Source: Octopus sinensis (lineage: Eukaryota). Taken from it: a stretch of DNA of 64,000 nucleotides. The stretch is taken from assembly GCF_006345805.1 (NCBI RefSeq), contig NC_042999.1:47182001-47246000 (forward strand). Direction: 5' to 3'. Under the pieces are notes generated by a model, which was given only the letters and a program-made list of their open reading frames with translations, had not been told where the DNA came from and did no database searches. The position numbers and the translations under genes were made by a program. Below, piece by piece: positions 15,315 through 29,734 of this stretch; position 1 is the first letter of the stretch, and every line of letters begins with the position of its first letter.

Positions 15315-15595
15315 AACAATTGCAGCGTGGAAGGTGTTTGTAAGCCATTTAAGAAACACACAAAAGCCGTTCGATTCACTTCAACATTTAAGTTTAATTT
15401 GTCAAAATATTTTCGTCGCTAAAATCCGCGACCTGTTCACTGACAAAAATGCAGCACGGATTTTTGTCAGTGAACAGGTCGCGGATTTTAGCGACGAAAA
15501 TATTTTGACAAATTAAACTTAAATGTTGAAGTGAATCGAACGGCTTTTGTGTGTTTCTTAAATGGCTTATAAACACCTTCCACGCTGCAATTGTT
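15315..15595. repeat. Long near-perfect inverted repeat (136-bp arms, 9-nt spacer)
   Basis: 15315-15450 is the reverse complement of 15460-15595 with one mismatch (15340/15570). Confidence 0.97.
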
Positions 15596-16004
15596 GAAAT
15601 ATATATATTTTTCTATAATTTGCCTTAATTTGAAATTATTTGATTCGCATCCCCACGCCCAGTGTACTTACTAAATTTATTAACAATATTAATATCTTGC
15701 CTATGTTCCAAGCTATGTTTCACTGTTTCAGGTGGATTCTGTACTCGTCATATGTAAATGACTGTTACAGTCATACATTCACTGCTAACCACCATGTAAC
15801 ATATATGTAGGTTTCAGTATTCTTAGTGCTTTAATGTAAACGGTTCGCTATATATTGATATCTATTTACATCCTTTTTAGTCTGAACATTTTGCAACTAA
15901 CTGAGAATCGATAAAATACCAATGTATTTGTTTTTCTCCGTATAAAATGATGTCCAGAAGCTCAGACACATACAAGTACGTATGTGTTTGTGTGTGTATA
16001 GTTT

Positions 16005-16088
<84 letters not shown>

Positions 16089-16165
16089 AATATATATATA
16101 TATTATATATATATATATATGTACACACATATATACATATATATGTGTGTGATTTCATGTGTATT

Positions 16166-16202
<37 letters not shown>

Positions 16203-16899
16203 ACATACATATATGTGAGTGGGTGTTTGTGTGTGTGTGTTAGCAGATAAGTGCGTATGTACAGACACACGCATTTTTATAGATTACTTCTCATGTGTAT
16301 AGTTAGCATGGCTAATTCTTAATTGGCATACTCCTGTGAAAAATAAATTATATACATAATATATTTGCATTGCATAAAGCACATTCTATCAATAAAAATA
16401 ACAGCCAATGACCTTCAATAAAGACTAGATTAGTAAACAATTATGAGTTTCAATTTATATATATATATATATATATGTGTGTATGTGTGTGTGTTTGTAA
16501 ATAACTACCATCTATCACTGCGTATATTTATAGATATGGAAATTATAGTAAATGCTTGCACAAAAAATATCACCCATTGGGCATTATTTTGGTTTTAGCT
16601 TAGTGAAGGAAGAGCATTACTCTTTTACTCGTTTTTGCCATTTGAGTGTGGTCATGCCGGAGCACCGCCATTATATATATATATATATATATATGTATGA
16701 TGGATTCTTTTGTCGTGAGCGACAAAAGAGGTTTCATTAAAATAAAACATTAATCATGTACTATGCACACGAAAGTGTCCATTGAAGCTTGCTGGTTCCT
16801 TACAATTCTTTAAGCAAATGGAACAAGCTGAGGACTCACTTTGCTTGGGTACTTCGTGGATCATTTCCTATGGAATTCATTGGGTGGACGGCAAGAGCT

Positions 16900-18100
16900 C
16901 CTTTGCATCGTGCCACACAACCACAATATCTGGTAGAATTTTCCAGTTTGAGGAGCAGCATTTCAGTGTTAGTACGCATGTTTCTACAAATGAAATACTT
17001 CATTACTTACAGTTTCACATACGTAGTTAAAGAACGTTTGTGAATTTTAAGACAAGTCCTACCAACGGATATTCATGCGGAATATACGGTACGTTATCAT
17101 GGTCGAATGTTATAGGTCCATTTAGGTCGGCCTCGAGAAGCTGTTAGTAAAGCACACTTCATCCCTCAATAGCGAATGGGTTTTTGTTCAGCTGAATGCA
17201 TTTTGATATAATATGGACGCCTGTGGCAATGGTTCAACGACACTGGTAATTTCTCGGTGATTGACATCAAGGAACTTTTCACTATCTGTGAATACTTAAC
17301 GGTAACGTCTATAGCTGTGCATTTCGTTGTGATTAAGACTAATCCCGTCCAAATATAACACGTTATTATGGCAGAGCCGATTATTTGAATTTATTTTTAA
17401 TACTCTATAAGTAGTAACCTCCACAGAACGTACATAAATTGTGTTCTTTTAAACACTTAATTTCAAGGTTATCTTTTGTTTCCTAGACAACCTAACTAGC
17501 ACAAACTATTTTATTACCGGATATTTGTATCTCCATGGCTGCCACCGTTTTGCAATTGTCAAGATCAATCGATTCTTCCTTTCAAAAGAAATCTTGGATC
17601 TCCGAGTGCGCTAGGATATCCCTTGTATCAGGCATGATTTTCTGAGAGTATGTAGAGGAACAACACTAAATTGATTCACTGCGAGCAATATCAACAGGCG
17701 ATATAATCAATATCCCTCTTCCTTTGGGTACGAGGGTATAGAATTCACCCTATCCTGATTCATTTGGAATATTATTGAAACAGTGCATCTTGGAAATTTT
17801 TGAAGCGGTTACTCCATATTCCAACTCAAGATGCAGTTGTTGACGTTGCCTACATGAGGTGTCCAAGATTTTATCATATCCTATGATATTCTTGAAATGA
17901 AAATTTAATTGTTATCTAAATGTTGAAAGCGATAATCTTTCATCCGCTTACGTGTCCAGTATCAAGCGCACCCTATTCTAATTCCCGAATAATGATGCGT
18001 AAACCTTTCTTCGGGAGATCCGATAGTATCTCTCACCATTTGACCTTTTATATTGAGAAGTAGTATCATAGATATTGAATATTGGGGACAGTTTCAACTG
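16900..18100 (-). mobile_element. Degenerate Penelope-like RT relic
   Basis: Fragments GEFYTLVPK (~17725-17750), DTRDILAH, a decayed DD..WTG block and EKFLDV (17260-17280), in RT order. Confidence 0.5.
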
Positions 18101-19237
18101 AAGAATTGTGGAGGAATGACCATTCATAAAGCACTTCGATACCACAAACTATTAACAAATTAATCTTACTTATTTAACTCCACAGAAAGTATTGAGTGTG
18201 AAGTTATATAACTGACATTTCCCCCACTAAAATGTAGTACAACAATTTATCCAGAAGCAATGAAATGAATTATACATACACTTTTGCTTGAAACTAAGTC
18301 AGTATCTCTCATTTATGTTGATTGCGAATTACGTAGCATTTGCAACGAAAACAAGCAATGGTATGAAAGTTGTATTAAGTAATAAAGAACACCATACCTG
18401 AACTGTGCTTCTACGATTGTAGTAATGTATAATGCAGTGTTTAACATCGAAGGCTCGCAACATCCCATGCAGTTGGATCTTTATAGTGTGATGCTTTATA
18501 AAATTGAAATATTTTTATACTTCTCCAATAAAGAAACAAAAATTCTAAGGATGCGATCTCTATGTTATCTTCACATTTACATGAGACTAGAGCACGAACA
18601 ATTTGAATAATTTAGATTGATAATTAGTATAGGAAGGCTAAGAAAGGATTCTTGCTGTGCCCTCCTCTCTACCAATCTATCACCCTTCATCATCACTCAA
18701 CGTTAAACTCGATAGATGTGCTTTTTAAAATTAAATTTTTATCCCATACTAGCTTTTTCGCCAACAAATCGAAACTTTAATTTACACTTGTAACCTGTAA
18801 CATATTCTATGAAAGCAATCTAATTCTGTCATATAGTCTAGCAAGTGTAATTATATTTCATTGAGTCCAACCTTCTGAAAGCTGCTATTGATATTGCTTA
18901 TAGCTAAGTCAGCATTAACTGAGAACACTTATGATCAAAGACATTGCAGTCAAGAGTATTAGACAACATTATCCAATGTAATATTTTCTAATTTAGAGTA
19001 TATTGTAAAGTAAGGGAATTGCGGCACTATTTCCTGAAAGTTGATTAACCATTACATGGATCTTTCATCTCCCCTGAAATCTATATTATCAGGTTGATTG
19101 TTTCGGTTCTATAATATTACAAATTATTTTTATGTTTTACAGCAATGAGGCGGAGTTGTGGCTGTTACTTTATTCTAGTGCACCTAGGAAGTTATGGTCA
19201 ATTACGCCAGGCTACCATTCATTTTTCAGTGTATTTA

Positions 19238-19802
19238 TTGGGTTGTCCGGAAAGTTCGTGCCGATTTTTAAAGGAAAGAAAAAGGTCAATAAATACTTGC
19301 CATTACATTTTTAATCAACCAAGTGTGAACCATTTTGTTGCACAATGCATCTCCATCTTTCCTTTAACTTGAAAATACCCTCTTCCCAGAATTGAGGTGG
19401 TTTCATGGCAAATAATTCATCAAAGTATCTTTTTACGTCATCCAGGAATTGAAATTTTTACCATTAAGACTATTCTGCAGAGACCTGAATAAATGGAAAT
19501 CCGAGGGAGCAATATCTGGTGAATATGGCGGGTTGGGTAACACACTCTAGCCGAGCTGCCTTAATTTTTGTCTGGTTTCCAAAGCATCAAGTGCTTAAAA
19601 TGAACTTTCTTATCTTCCATTTTAAAGGGTTACGGTATTAACACAGGTTATAGGAACATAAGCCTTATTCTGCGAAAAGATAGCTTAAACTGTGCTCTAA
19701 ATGGAGGTGTAGTCAAATTCTATTTTATGGATTCAGTCATGTTCAAAAATAAGTCGAAAGTAAAGCTACTACAAATCGGCACAAACTTTCCGGACAACCC
19801 AA
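19238..19802 (-). mobile_element. Internally deleted mariner (DD34D-type) element
   Basis: 30-bp TIRs at 19238-19267 and 19773-19802 (1 mismatch), TA at 19236-37, and a transposase C-terminus PPYSPDIAPSDFHLFRSLQN...KERWRCIVQQNG. Confidence 0.9.
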
Positions 19803-22800
19803 AATGTAGGAGTGCGTTATGTGATGTGTTCTTTGTTTGTTTTAAAAGACTGTACATTTTCATTTATTTGCGAAAACTAGCAAGTCATCTGACAAAAGCG
19901 CAGAGATTCCCTTGTGGTGTTAAACCTCCAGGAAGTTACACTTTATGATTTAAGTGTTATGCTTGTCGGCCCCTTGATTCCTTTGATTACCCTGAATATA
20001 CATATTGCAATTGTATGTTTTTGTATCCGTTAAGCGTATACTTCCTCTAAATGAATTTATTTTCGTTAAGTAGCTGAAGTTATTCTTGATATTGTCTGAC
20101 ATGATGCACGGAAATTTACTTTCAGCTATTTTTTCCCTTAATCCTAATTTGATTTCAAGCCAAGCCTTAATACTATTTTCACCACTTTCTATTTTAGATT
20201 CGGTTCAATTTCATTTATTATACATTTTGTTTATGCCACAGTAGAAAGAAAAAGATCTTTCTTGTCAATGCTAATATATTTCGCTCTTAACCGTTATGTA
20301 TGAAAATCTACTTTAGAAAGCAAAAACCGACATTTCCGAATAGCCATGTTTACGGTAATTTAAATAGAAATAGCAGAAGAAATGCCCATAGAATGTATAA
20401 AATGTATAGTTTAAAAGGTAGATTATGACATAAACGATTCAAGCTACTGATGTGTTCGTATCGCTCCATCTTTAAATCATGTCAGAAATAGGATGCTTTG
20501 CTGCCTTAGTCTTGAATGAATATGCATGCGTATTATTTTTCCGACTTCTTTTAATAGGTAGACGCACACACACATAAATATACATATATATAAACACATG
20601 CTCACATCCACAAATGCGTACCCAAACGGGCATACACTCAAACATTTATATTTCGAAATTCCTGCTTTTACATTCATCTAGGAATATCGTGAATAATATT
20701 TTGATAATTTGTATTTTGAAGCATTTCTTTATATATATAATAAAAAAAGTGCGATAAAACATGAAATGATGACATTTAACTCAAGTGAAAATATATAGCC
20801 TACCACAGAGTTTCAACTTTATATCTAAATATAGTAACAAGGATTTATATGTAATACATAGTGTTTATTTCCTTATTGTTGAAACGATATATTCAGTAGA
20901 AATATTTAGCTCATTATACAATGAATGCAGCTTTTTTAATACATCAAATCTATGGAAATTATAGAATGTAATATTACATAAATGTTTCTTAATACTGATA
21001 CTAATCGATTGACGCATATACTTTAATTCCACAAAATATTTTTAATGATTCAGTTGTGGTTACTATAATTGAAAACACTGATGATAATCAGTGTACACCA
21101 GGCTGAAAGAAATAAAGTGAGATTTAGTTTTCAACAATGCCGGAGATATTTATTCTGTAGATTCTTTCCCTCAATATATGACATTTACCTTACTCTCCAC
21201 CATCCGACTATGTTAAACCGCTCGGAAAGAGTTACCTATGTTTTCATAAGATTACAAAACGATACATATTTTCGGTAATTTTCATTTTCGTATATGTGGA
21301 GAGGCAGAGAAGTAAGTCATCAAATCTATCTGAGACCATTATGATAAATCCTGCAGACATTAGATCTTAATGCCGATCCATTTTGTTGCTGCTAATATCA
21401 TTAATGCTTTCTTTCGCAGTTTTGATGTATAGATTTAATGCTAATACAGTATTAGATAAATCTATCAGTATATATCCACCAAATAAACAAAAATATTTTT
21501 CTCTCCAGCCGAACTGAAAAATCCACAGGATATATCTAGTTGTGCTGTTGTACTGAATATAAAATATTCTTGCTGTGATCTTACTAAGATTAAAATAGTG
21601 CTATACGGGATAATAACAGCTTAATGAAAACACAGTTCTATTTTGATTTCGTTCTTATGTTTAGTAGAACCTGTCATTTAGGAGCCTTGCTATTTTTAGT
21701 TCGTCAATTTAAACCAATGATTGTAAGTCTTGCGTAAATACGCATGACTGTTTCTTAGGAATTCTGCTTGTTAATTACTGTCAGGTAAATTTTTAGAAAA
21801 TAGGCAGTATAAGATATATTTAATGCCCTCTTCTAAAATTATTTACGTTAAATATAATATTTGAAATCTATTTACTTTGAATAATGATATATTTAATAAC
21901 ATGGGGATAAAAATCTCAGAAAAAGAAGATCATTAAAGGATTTAATTATAGCAATCAATTTCCAGTTGTTCTATTTATGGTTCCTTTTAAAGCAAATCTA
22001 GAATATGTAGATTTAAAGAAAAAATAAACAATTACATATTGATGCTCGATCAAAAATGAAATATCTTCTTTTGATAATATTTTGTTCTTTTCTGTTAGAA
22101 TAATAATTTTTCAATGAAAGAGAGCAAACATAACATTAGCATTCATCATGTTATCAGTTGGGATATAAATTTGAATATATTAAGGTAGAAATAACAGATA
22201 TTTTATCATTTGAAAGCTAGATTTAATGTTTTCTGAACTTTCGTACTCTGACTAAAGACGAATACATTTTCAGACACACCTTCAATTATTGTTGCTCACA
22301 TTAACTAGGTCAATAAGAAAACTTGAGGAACTTGAAATGTATTCAATCAAAATATTTTAATTTTAAAATTTTACGGTCTGCAAACAGAAAAGGTTTTAAT
22401 GCGGCATGAAACTGACGAACAACCCTCTATATAAGTGTACATACAATACCTACCTAATAGATACAACTTTTTAAGAAGCTCTTTTCGTTAATCATATCAG
22501 TGAATCTAATAGCAACAACATAATTTCCAGTTTAGATTGCCACATCTATTTTCGTGCTCAGACATTATCTTGGGATGACTTGTTATGGTAAACGCAAAAG
22601 TTGAATTCTAAAAAAACAGTATTTTAATTAACTATCAACAAAAGCAGATGTCTATCTTGTGAATTGTGTATTTAACGTCATTTCAAACTTTTCCATTTTA
22701 ATTTGCAAGAATATTTTAAGGACTGCAATTACAAATATTAATAATTTAAAGATTAATTCAGCGTTAAATTGAACACAGAAGCATAAAACTACTGTAGGGT

Positions 22801-25800
22801 TCATTGATACGTTTTAAATTCCCCATATAGTGCACATATACCGTTATCGGATTAAAGTTAGTGTTGTAGAAACATGATACGTTGAAATAATATTCCACAC
22901 ACGTAAAAAAGATATATTATTGAATCGACAATAATATGGTATGATATTAAGAAGAATGTCATGTTTTTTTCTATGGGAAGACAATGTCTGTGTCACTAAA
23001 AATTAAAGCTTGAGAAATTAGAAATAACATTGAATGTGGATACATTTCGACTGTACGAGATCTAAAAGATTCTTTTTTTAATGTTTCATCACGTCTATAG
23101 AGAAGATCGTTTGAGCTTTATGCATACTTATGTGCGATGCAACGTTTGTAGCTCACGAGGACCATCTATCAAAAATGATCGCAAATCTAAGCAGACCTTT
23201 CTCGAGAGCAGATGGAAATTGTATTGACCATTAGAAGCGCTCAAATTGTCATCTGACTACTGTGAAATATTCTGACTGATAGGCTGCTTTAGAAATTTCT
23301 GCCACATTATCACTTGAGTAGAATAAAACAAATGCATCCTGCTTCTACCGAATTTGTACATGCCAGAAAGAGATTAATGGCGATCGTCTATTTTTAACTG
23401 GAAGAGCATCATAAGTATGTTCCATGTGGTATAAAATCGAGTGAAATTTGCTTGAATTATCTGAATAATCTTTGTCATTTGAGACAGGGAGCGTAATGGA
23501 CAACATCAACAACATCACCAACATCAAAAACAGATATAACATCAACTTCAACAATGACGGAAGAAAAGAAAAGAGGAATGTAGGCAAAAAGAAAGGGAGA
23601 AACGGAGGGGTAATAAATAAATAAATAAATTAATTAAATGCAAAATTCATTTTTAGCTAATTGCCAATTTCTCAATTGTCCCTGTCTTCTACCCGATTAT
23701 CTTTCCCGTATTTCTTCATTCATTCCTCGTGTCCCATTCTAAAATGCCTTAACTTATACCCATACTAACTTCTTCTAATTTCTCTTACCGATCTCTGTTT
23801 CTTTCTGACACTGCACTTTACTCTCCAGTTCACATGGTCAGGTAAAGAATGTCATTAGGAAATATTCCTTTAGCAGAAACAAACTAGAGAAGTATTTCAG
23901 CGATTCACTGATCTCGGATGTGTTAAGAAACAATGTATATTTCATATATTATATTCACAATCAGGTGTTTAATGTGACCAAATTGTATATGCTTTCTAGC
24001 CTCGGAGAATTGGTGTATTTTTTTTTTTTTTTCTCATATGTTTTATTCAGAAGATCGATCGACCGTCTCGAAATTATAGTGCAAAACATGTATACCTATA
24101 ATTCAAATATAATACCAGTAAAATTTGTCATTAGATATATTGCGCAATCTTAATATTAAAAGTAAATAAAAATATACAAAATTACTCTTGTATGTTTAAT
24201 TGCCTTACAGCTATCGTCATACGTAAACAAATTGTTTGATCAAGATGATTATATTAAATATGTATTTATGTTTGTTTAGCACGTCACGCCTTATTGATAA
24301 AAAGTTCTAGATGCAATGCTTTGCCTCGTTTACTATATTTTCGTAAATAGTTTTATGTTCCCTGTAGTTGTGAGGAACCACAAACAGCTTCCCGACTTCC
24401 TGCCCTTGGACCAGTACAATACCTAGGATGTGACAGTTCTAGGGCAAAATTTGAGCAGACTTGAGAAGCTTAGAAATATTCTTCTTAAGAATACAACCCG
24501 TCACCCCGTTCAGGCTATCGAAACTCCTGCCTACTACTCCATGAGACTTAACCTTTCAGGAATACCACTTACATACAATTTAAGATGTTACTGACAAAAC
24601 CTCATAGGCTGAAGAATAGCCCTAAATACGGGTTTTCTATTTTAAAAGCTTTCAAAGAAGAGAATGTAACCGGCTGGCTTCCACGTTTCTGGGAATTTTC
24701 AAACAAGTTTAACTATACACATTCTTATATCGCGCTGTTCGTATACACTCTTGAATATCATTTACCAATCATACGAAATAATCTTTTAATTCAATGTATT
24801 ATATTCAAATTAAAGTGTCTAATATGACCAATGTGTATACATTTATTAGCCTTGGAGGCTTTGTGTCACTTTTCGATTTACTTCTGATATGATTTATTCA
24901 AATGATCGAACTGTACACATCCGTATATTATGGTGTATAGGATATATGTCTATTATTCAAATGTATTATAAGTAAAAATTGCTATTGAATATCGTGCACT
25001 TTAATATTAAATGTAAATAGATAATATATAAATACAAATCCTTGTATGTTAAATTTAATTTGAAAACATGGAATATTGTTATATGGTGACCGAATCTGAA
25101 TAAATAGGAACAAAATATTTGAATCTGAATAGAGTGAATATCATTCTAATACATTTAATTCAAATTTATATACAAAATACTGCGAGTAAAAAAAAAAGAC
25201 AATACAAAAAATCAAATAACAGTGAACTTTGTGAGCTATGTTTAGCTGTAACAATAAACATATGCATTCACAAACAGGAAGTTACTTGGCTTCTGGAAAT
25301 GAAATTGATAAATGTTCTAATAAATCGACATGAATAGCAAACCTCTGTTACTGCTTCTGTCTATGAGTGAGGCATTACATTACAACTGCCACTCTCTTTC
25401 ATTGCAGTAAATAAAATCGATTTGAGAGATTAGATCTGAGATTAGACACATATAAATATAGCCGCCAATGAGTATGGATAAGCCTAGTTCTTCTAAAATA
25501 TTATTTGCATTATATGGGAAGATTAACAGCTTCTAATCGAAGTTGTAACCGTGATATTTAAATATATTTTTTAAGTAATTTTCAGAAATATATTCTAAAG
25601 CTATTTAAAAGACAAAAAAATAGTTAGTAATAACGTCTGTCATAGTAGACGGTCACAAGTCCATTTGAGTGGAATAATCATTTTTTACAAAACTGAAATT
25701 TGATTAAAGTAATTTTATCGGTAAATATAACTTTAAATTCAATTTATATTCAATCTATACTATTTTCTCATCCCTTATTTAGACGTAGAAAAAGTAATAT

Positions 25801-26451
25801 TTTCTACTTTTGTACACCAATAAAGCAATTATAAGGGTGCATTTATTATTAGCAGGGCTTCAAGCAATGTGAAGTATAATTGCAATAATATAATAATAAA
25901 ATTAAAGTGGATAATATCAATCGATATTTCTAAACCTGTAGTAAGTTTATACGATGAAAGCACGTGAATGTAATGGAATGATTTTTATTTTATATTATAT
26001 TTGTATTGTAAGTATCTTTTCGTTTACAACATTTATATTTCGGTTATATCCATTGTATGAGTAATTCGGACGTGACTAAAGTATATTTGCTATAAGAAAT
26101 TGTACTAGATCATAAACGGTAAACAAAATATAAAATGCTAAACATTTAGGGATGGTGTCAATATACCTTCAAGAATCTGTACAAATTTAGCAGAAGAGAT
26201 TTGTTATACGGTGTACAGAAAACTGATTTACATTCTAATTGACAATCTTTGAAGAGGAAACCGATAAAATATCAAATACTATTTGATATCAAGTTTCCCT
26301 AACGTTTTTTTTTTTATTATCGATAAATATACATATCATTTAACACCGAAATAATCCTGCCCAGTGTAACTTCATTGCCATATATCGAATATAGCAATCA
26401 TGATTCTGACGAATATCGAAAGTAAATAACTCATTTTTTACTGACTGATTT

Positions 26452-26482
26452 CAACGCGCAAAATAATACTATTTGCGCGTTG
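26452..26482 (-). other. Orphan stem-loop with CRESS-nonamer-like loop
   Basis: Minus strand CAACGCGCAAA-TAGTATTAT-TTTGCGCGTTG, a perfect 11-bp stem. Confidence 0.5.
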
Positions 26483-29113
26483 GAACAAAAGTATGTTATA
26501 GCTGAATATATTTTTCAATTTTCCTTTCTGTAACACAGTAAGCGAGAAAAAGCAGAGCCCACAAAACTGCTCTATTCTTCTCTATTTCCGAGTAAATGTA
26601 TTTCGAATTTTGATGAGGTGTTGCGAAACGTTTTCCTGTTTACGCATGCAACAACACCAAATAGAAAATAACGTAGAAACACAAATAGCTTCTATACATT
26701 ATACCTTTCTGATAGGTATTGACAATGTAAGACAAGTGAGTTAACCTAAAATGCCACTGAATGTATTTAGTTACAGTGAAAAAAGCCCCAAAAGAATGTA
26801 TAGGTGCAAGGAGGACGCTCACATATGTTAAATGGAGACAGGAAGGGTGCGCAAGTAAAAAGAAAACTCAAAGAACGTTTATCAGAATATATAAAGAGAG
26901 CATGTATTCATAGGGGCAAAATTAAGGTTTAGTGTAAAACCGGAAATCGTTCACGTTTACAGACCACAGAGAAATTTGTATTACATTGACAAAAAAGAAA
27001 CCTACAAATATTAACGACGAATTTAATAGATTTATTGAAATACATTAGAGAACGTAATTAATTACTTTGTGCACGGAGGGAATAAAATATATTTGTAAAC
27101 TGATAATGTAATCATGCTAGAGAAGGAGAAAATATTAGACAAAAGGTAAAGACTTTAAACGGAGGCTTTTACTGAAAACAAAACTCGGAAAATTGTGTTA
27201 ATTTTATCCTGTATAATTTGATAATGTAAGGGATTGATAGACTAGAAGAAAAATAAATAAAAGAAAAAAATGCAGTTATCTAGATTATATCAACCAATAG
27301 CTGATACACATCACATTTATATCGATATCCAAAATATAACACTTGACTGATCACCTAACTAAAAGTAGTCTGTTTGGAACCAACATAATATCTACTATTA
27401 CAATTGTAAACATGCAAATACAAAAATAGTATTTAGTAGGACAAAGACGATCAGAAATATAGAAATATGTACTGTTACTACAAACGTTATAACATGAGAT
27501 CAAGAAGATGCATTAAAAATGTAAAACAAATATAATTAATTATATAAAAAAACAAATGAGAGCAGGAATACGCCATGTTAATTAATATCCTTGCGCAGAC
27601 AGTTTGTAAAAAATATTGTTTGAGTCACGATGTTGGACCTAAGTATAGTCTGATGGTTTTCAAATAAGAGAAATTGAAATATTGCTTTGGATCGATGTTT
27701 CCCATAAATAATTATTCTATAAATATGTATTGAATCAAAATATCAAATGTAGCTGCGTCATCTCTTTGTGATACCATTAGTAAAAACCTGGTTCGATGCG
27801 TCACCCTGAATTTAAATACTTAACCCTAAAAATTTGTTAAAACTCGAGAAAATATTTTGCAGTAGTTTGTATACTAACATACTGTAGTTTTTAGTATAAT
27901 AGTAGAGTAGAGTAGGTAGAATGACAGGAAATATAACTTCGTAATTAGAGGCATTAAGTTTAATAACTGATATATAAGAAGAATTATAAGTCATTGCAAG
28001 ATAAGCGGTACAAAATAAGAAGGAAATAAACTTGATGCAAAAATAGACAGCGGACCTGTCAGACCGTAGAAGTGACATATGTTTTAGAAGATGCATGTGA
28101 CTAAGTATCTACATGAAAAAATATGCAAAGAAATAAAGTCCCTTGTGGAAGAGATCAACTACATACAAACAATGCTTTCAATTTACAAGAAATTAAATAA
28201 TAGTGGCTTTATCTTGTATGGTTTTAATCCGCTTTTGTGTATAGTTATTGGTGTGAATATTTCGATGGAAAAACAGTCTAAAAATTAAGTCCAATCATAG
28301 ATGCCTAAAAGGAGAGTTACCAGAAGAGTGGAACAAACACTGATGCAGCGCCCGTGAATAGTCAATAGGTGCGAAATCTAGAACCAGAACCAACATTCTT
28401 GCACACTTACTTTTGGGAAATTAATTTATCATTGGAGATGCGATCCATATTCTGCAAAACTATTTCCAGTAATAATAAAAATAGCAAAACATAGAAGCAC
28501 AAAACCTAACTAAAAATATCCAGGAATGATTCTACAGTATACAGTAGATGCATCCAAACCTTTGATGTTAAAAGTGTAATCTCTTATTGTAACAGAAAGC
28601 CACAAATCAGTAGAGAAATAGTATAGCAAGAAACGTATGGAGAAGTACAGTGAAATTTTAACTCAGAATGTAGAGTGACTGTTTCGGCTCAAGCACAGTA
28701 ATAAATATTTGCAAATGAAATGAGTTTCCTGAAACTGGGCGAGAAACATTTTACCATAGCGTTATCCGAAATATATGTAGGATAGTGTTCACCGTTTCTA
28801 GTTTGTGGTTCACGAAGAAAGCATTGAGTGCTTTCTAATTAACTTTCCTGCTACGGGTTCTTGTCGTTAAGGAATCATAAAGAAAAAAATACATAACATT
28901 TAGAATATATATTCAAAAGGTTTGCAAATGTGAAATCACTTGAGACAAAACTAATACCAGTGAAACCACGAAGTTCAGTCAAAAAAGCAGTTCAAAAGAA
29001 AAAAAAAAAGAAAAATCAGCGTAATACAGAAATCTTATGATACACCAATTCCATCAAGAAACTGCTTTTTTCATCTTCCAAAGTGTAAAGGCTCCTGCAT
29101 AAACTAGGCAATA

Positions 29114-29127
29114 TAATGATGATGATG

Positions 29128-29195
<68 letters not shown>

Positions 29196-29398
29196 TATTA
29201 TTGTTATTATTATTATTATTATAATAATAATAATAATAATAATAAGAAGAAGAAGAAGAAGAAGAAGAAGACGAAAAAGAAGAAGAATATGGACAGCATG
29301 AACGCGACAAGAAAAACGGCAGTAATGACGATGAGGGTGATAGTTGTGGTAGTGGTGCTGATGAAGCTGATTAAATAGTAGTAGTAGTAGTAGTAGTT

Positions 29399-29439
<41 letters not shown>

Positions 29440-29454
29440 GGTGGTGGTGGTGGT
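29114..29454. repeat. Compound trinucleotide array (ATG/ATA, TTA, AGA, AGT, GGT)
   Basis: Direct inspection. Confidence 0.95.
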
Positions 29455-29661
29455 TGGAACACTAATATATTGGCATTTTACACTGTTGAGTTTTACTTGA
29501 ATGTCAGCTCTGCATTTTCCTTTCAAGTAACAATGTTTCGTCCTTTGTATCTCATATGTATACATTTTTTCATATCATATATTTTGAAGATATTTTATAT
29601 GTCATTGTTTCAAGTATCTTAATAAATATATTCATATATATATGTTCATATATATATATGT

Positions 29662-29734
<73 letters not shown>

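Noticed and set aside
15334-15576. Two near-identical 60-aa ORFs on opposite strands
   Set aside because: An artefact of the 136-bp inverted repeat; no coding signature.
26406-26424. CTGACGA-ATATC-GAAA-GTA mini hammerhead-like string near the orphan stem-loop
   Set aside because: No room for a stem II, and no base between GAAA and GUA to form stem III.
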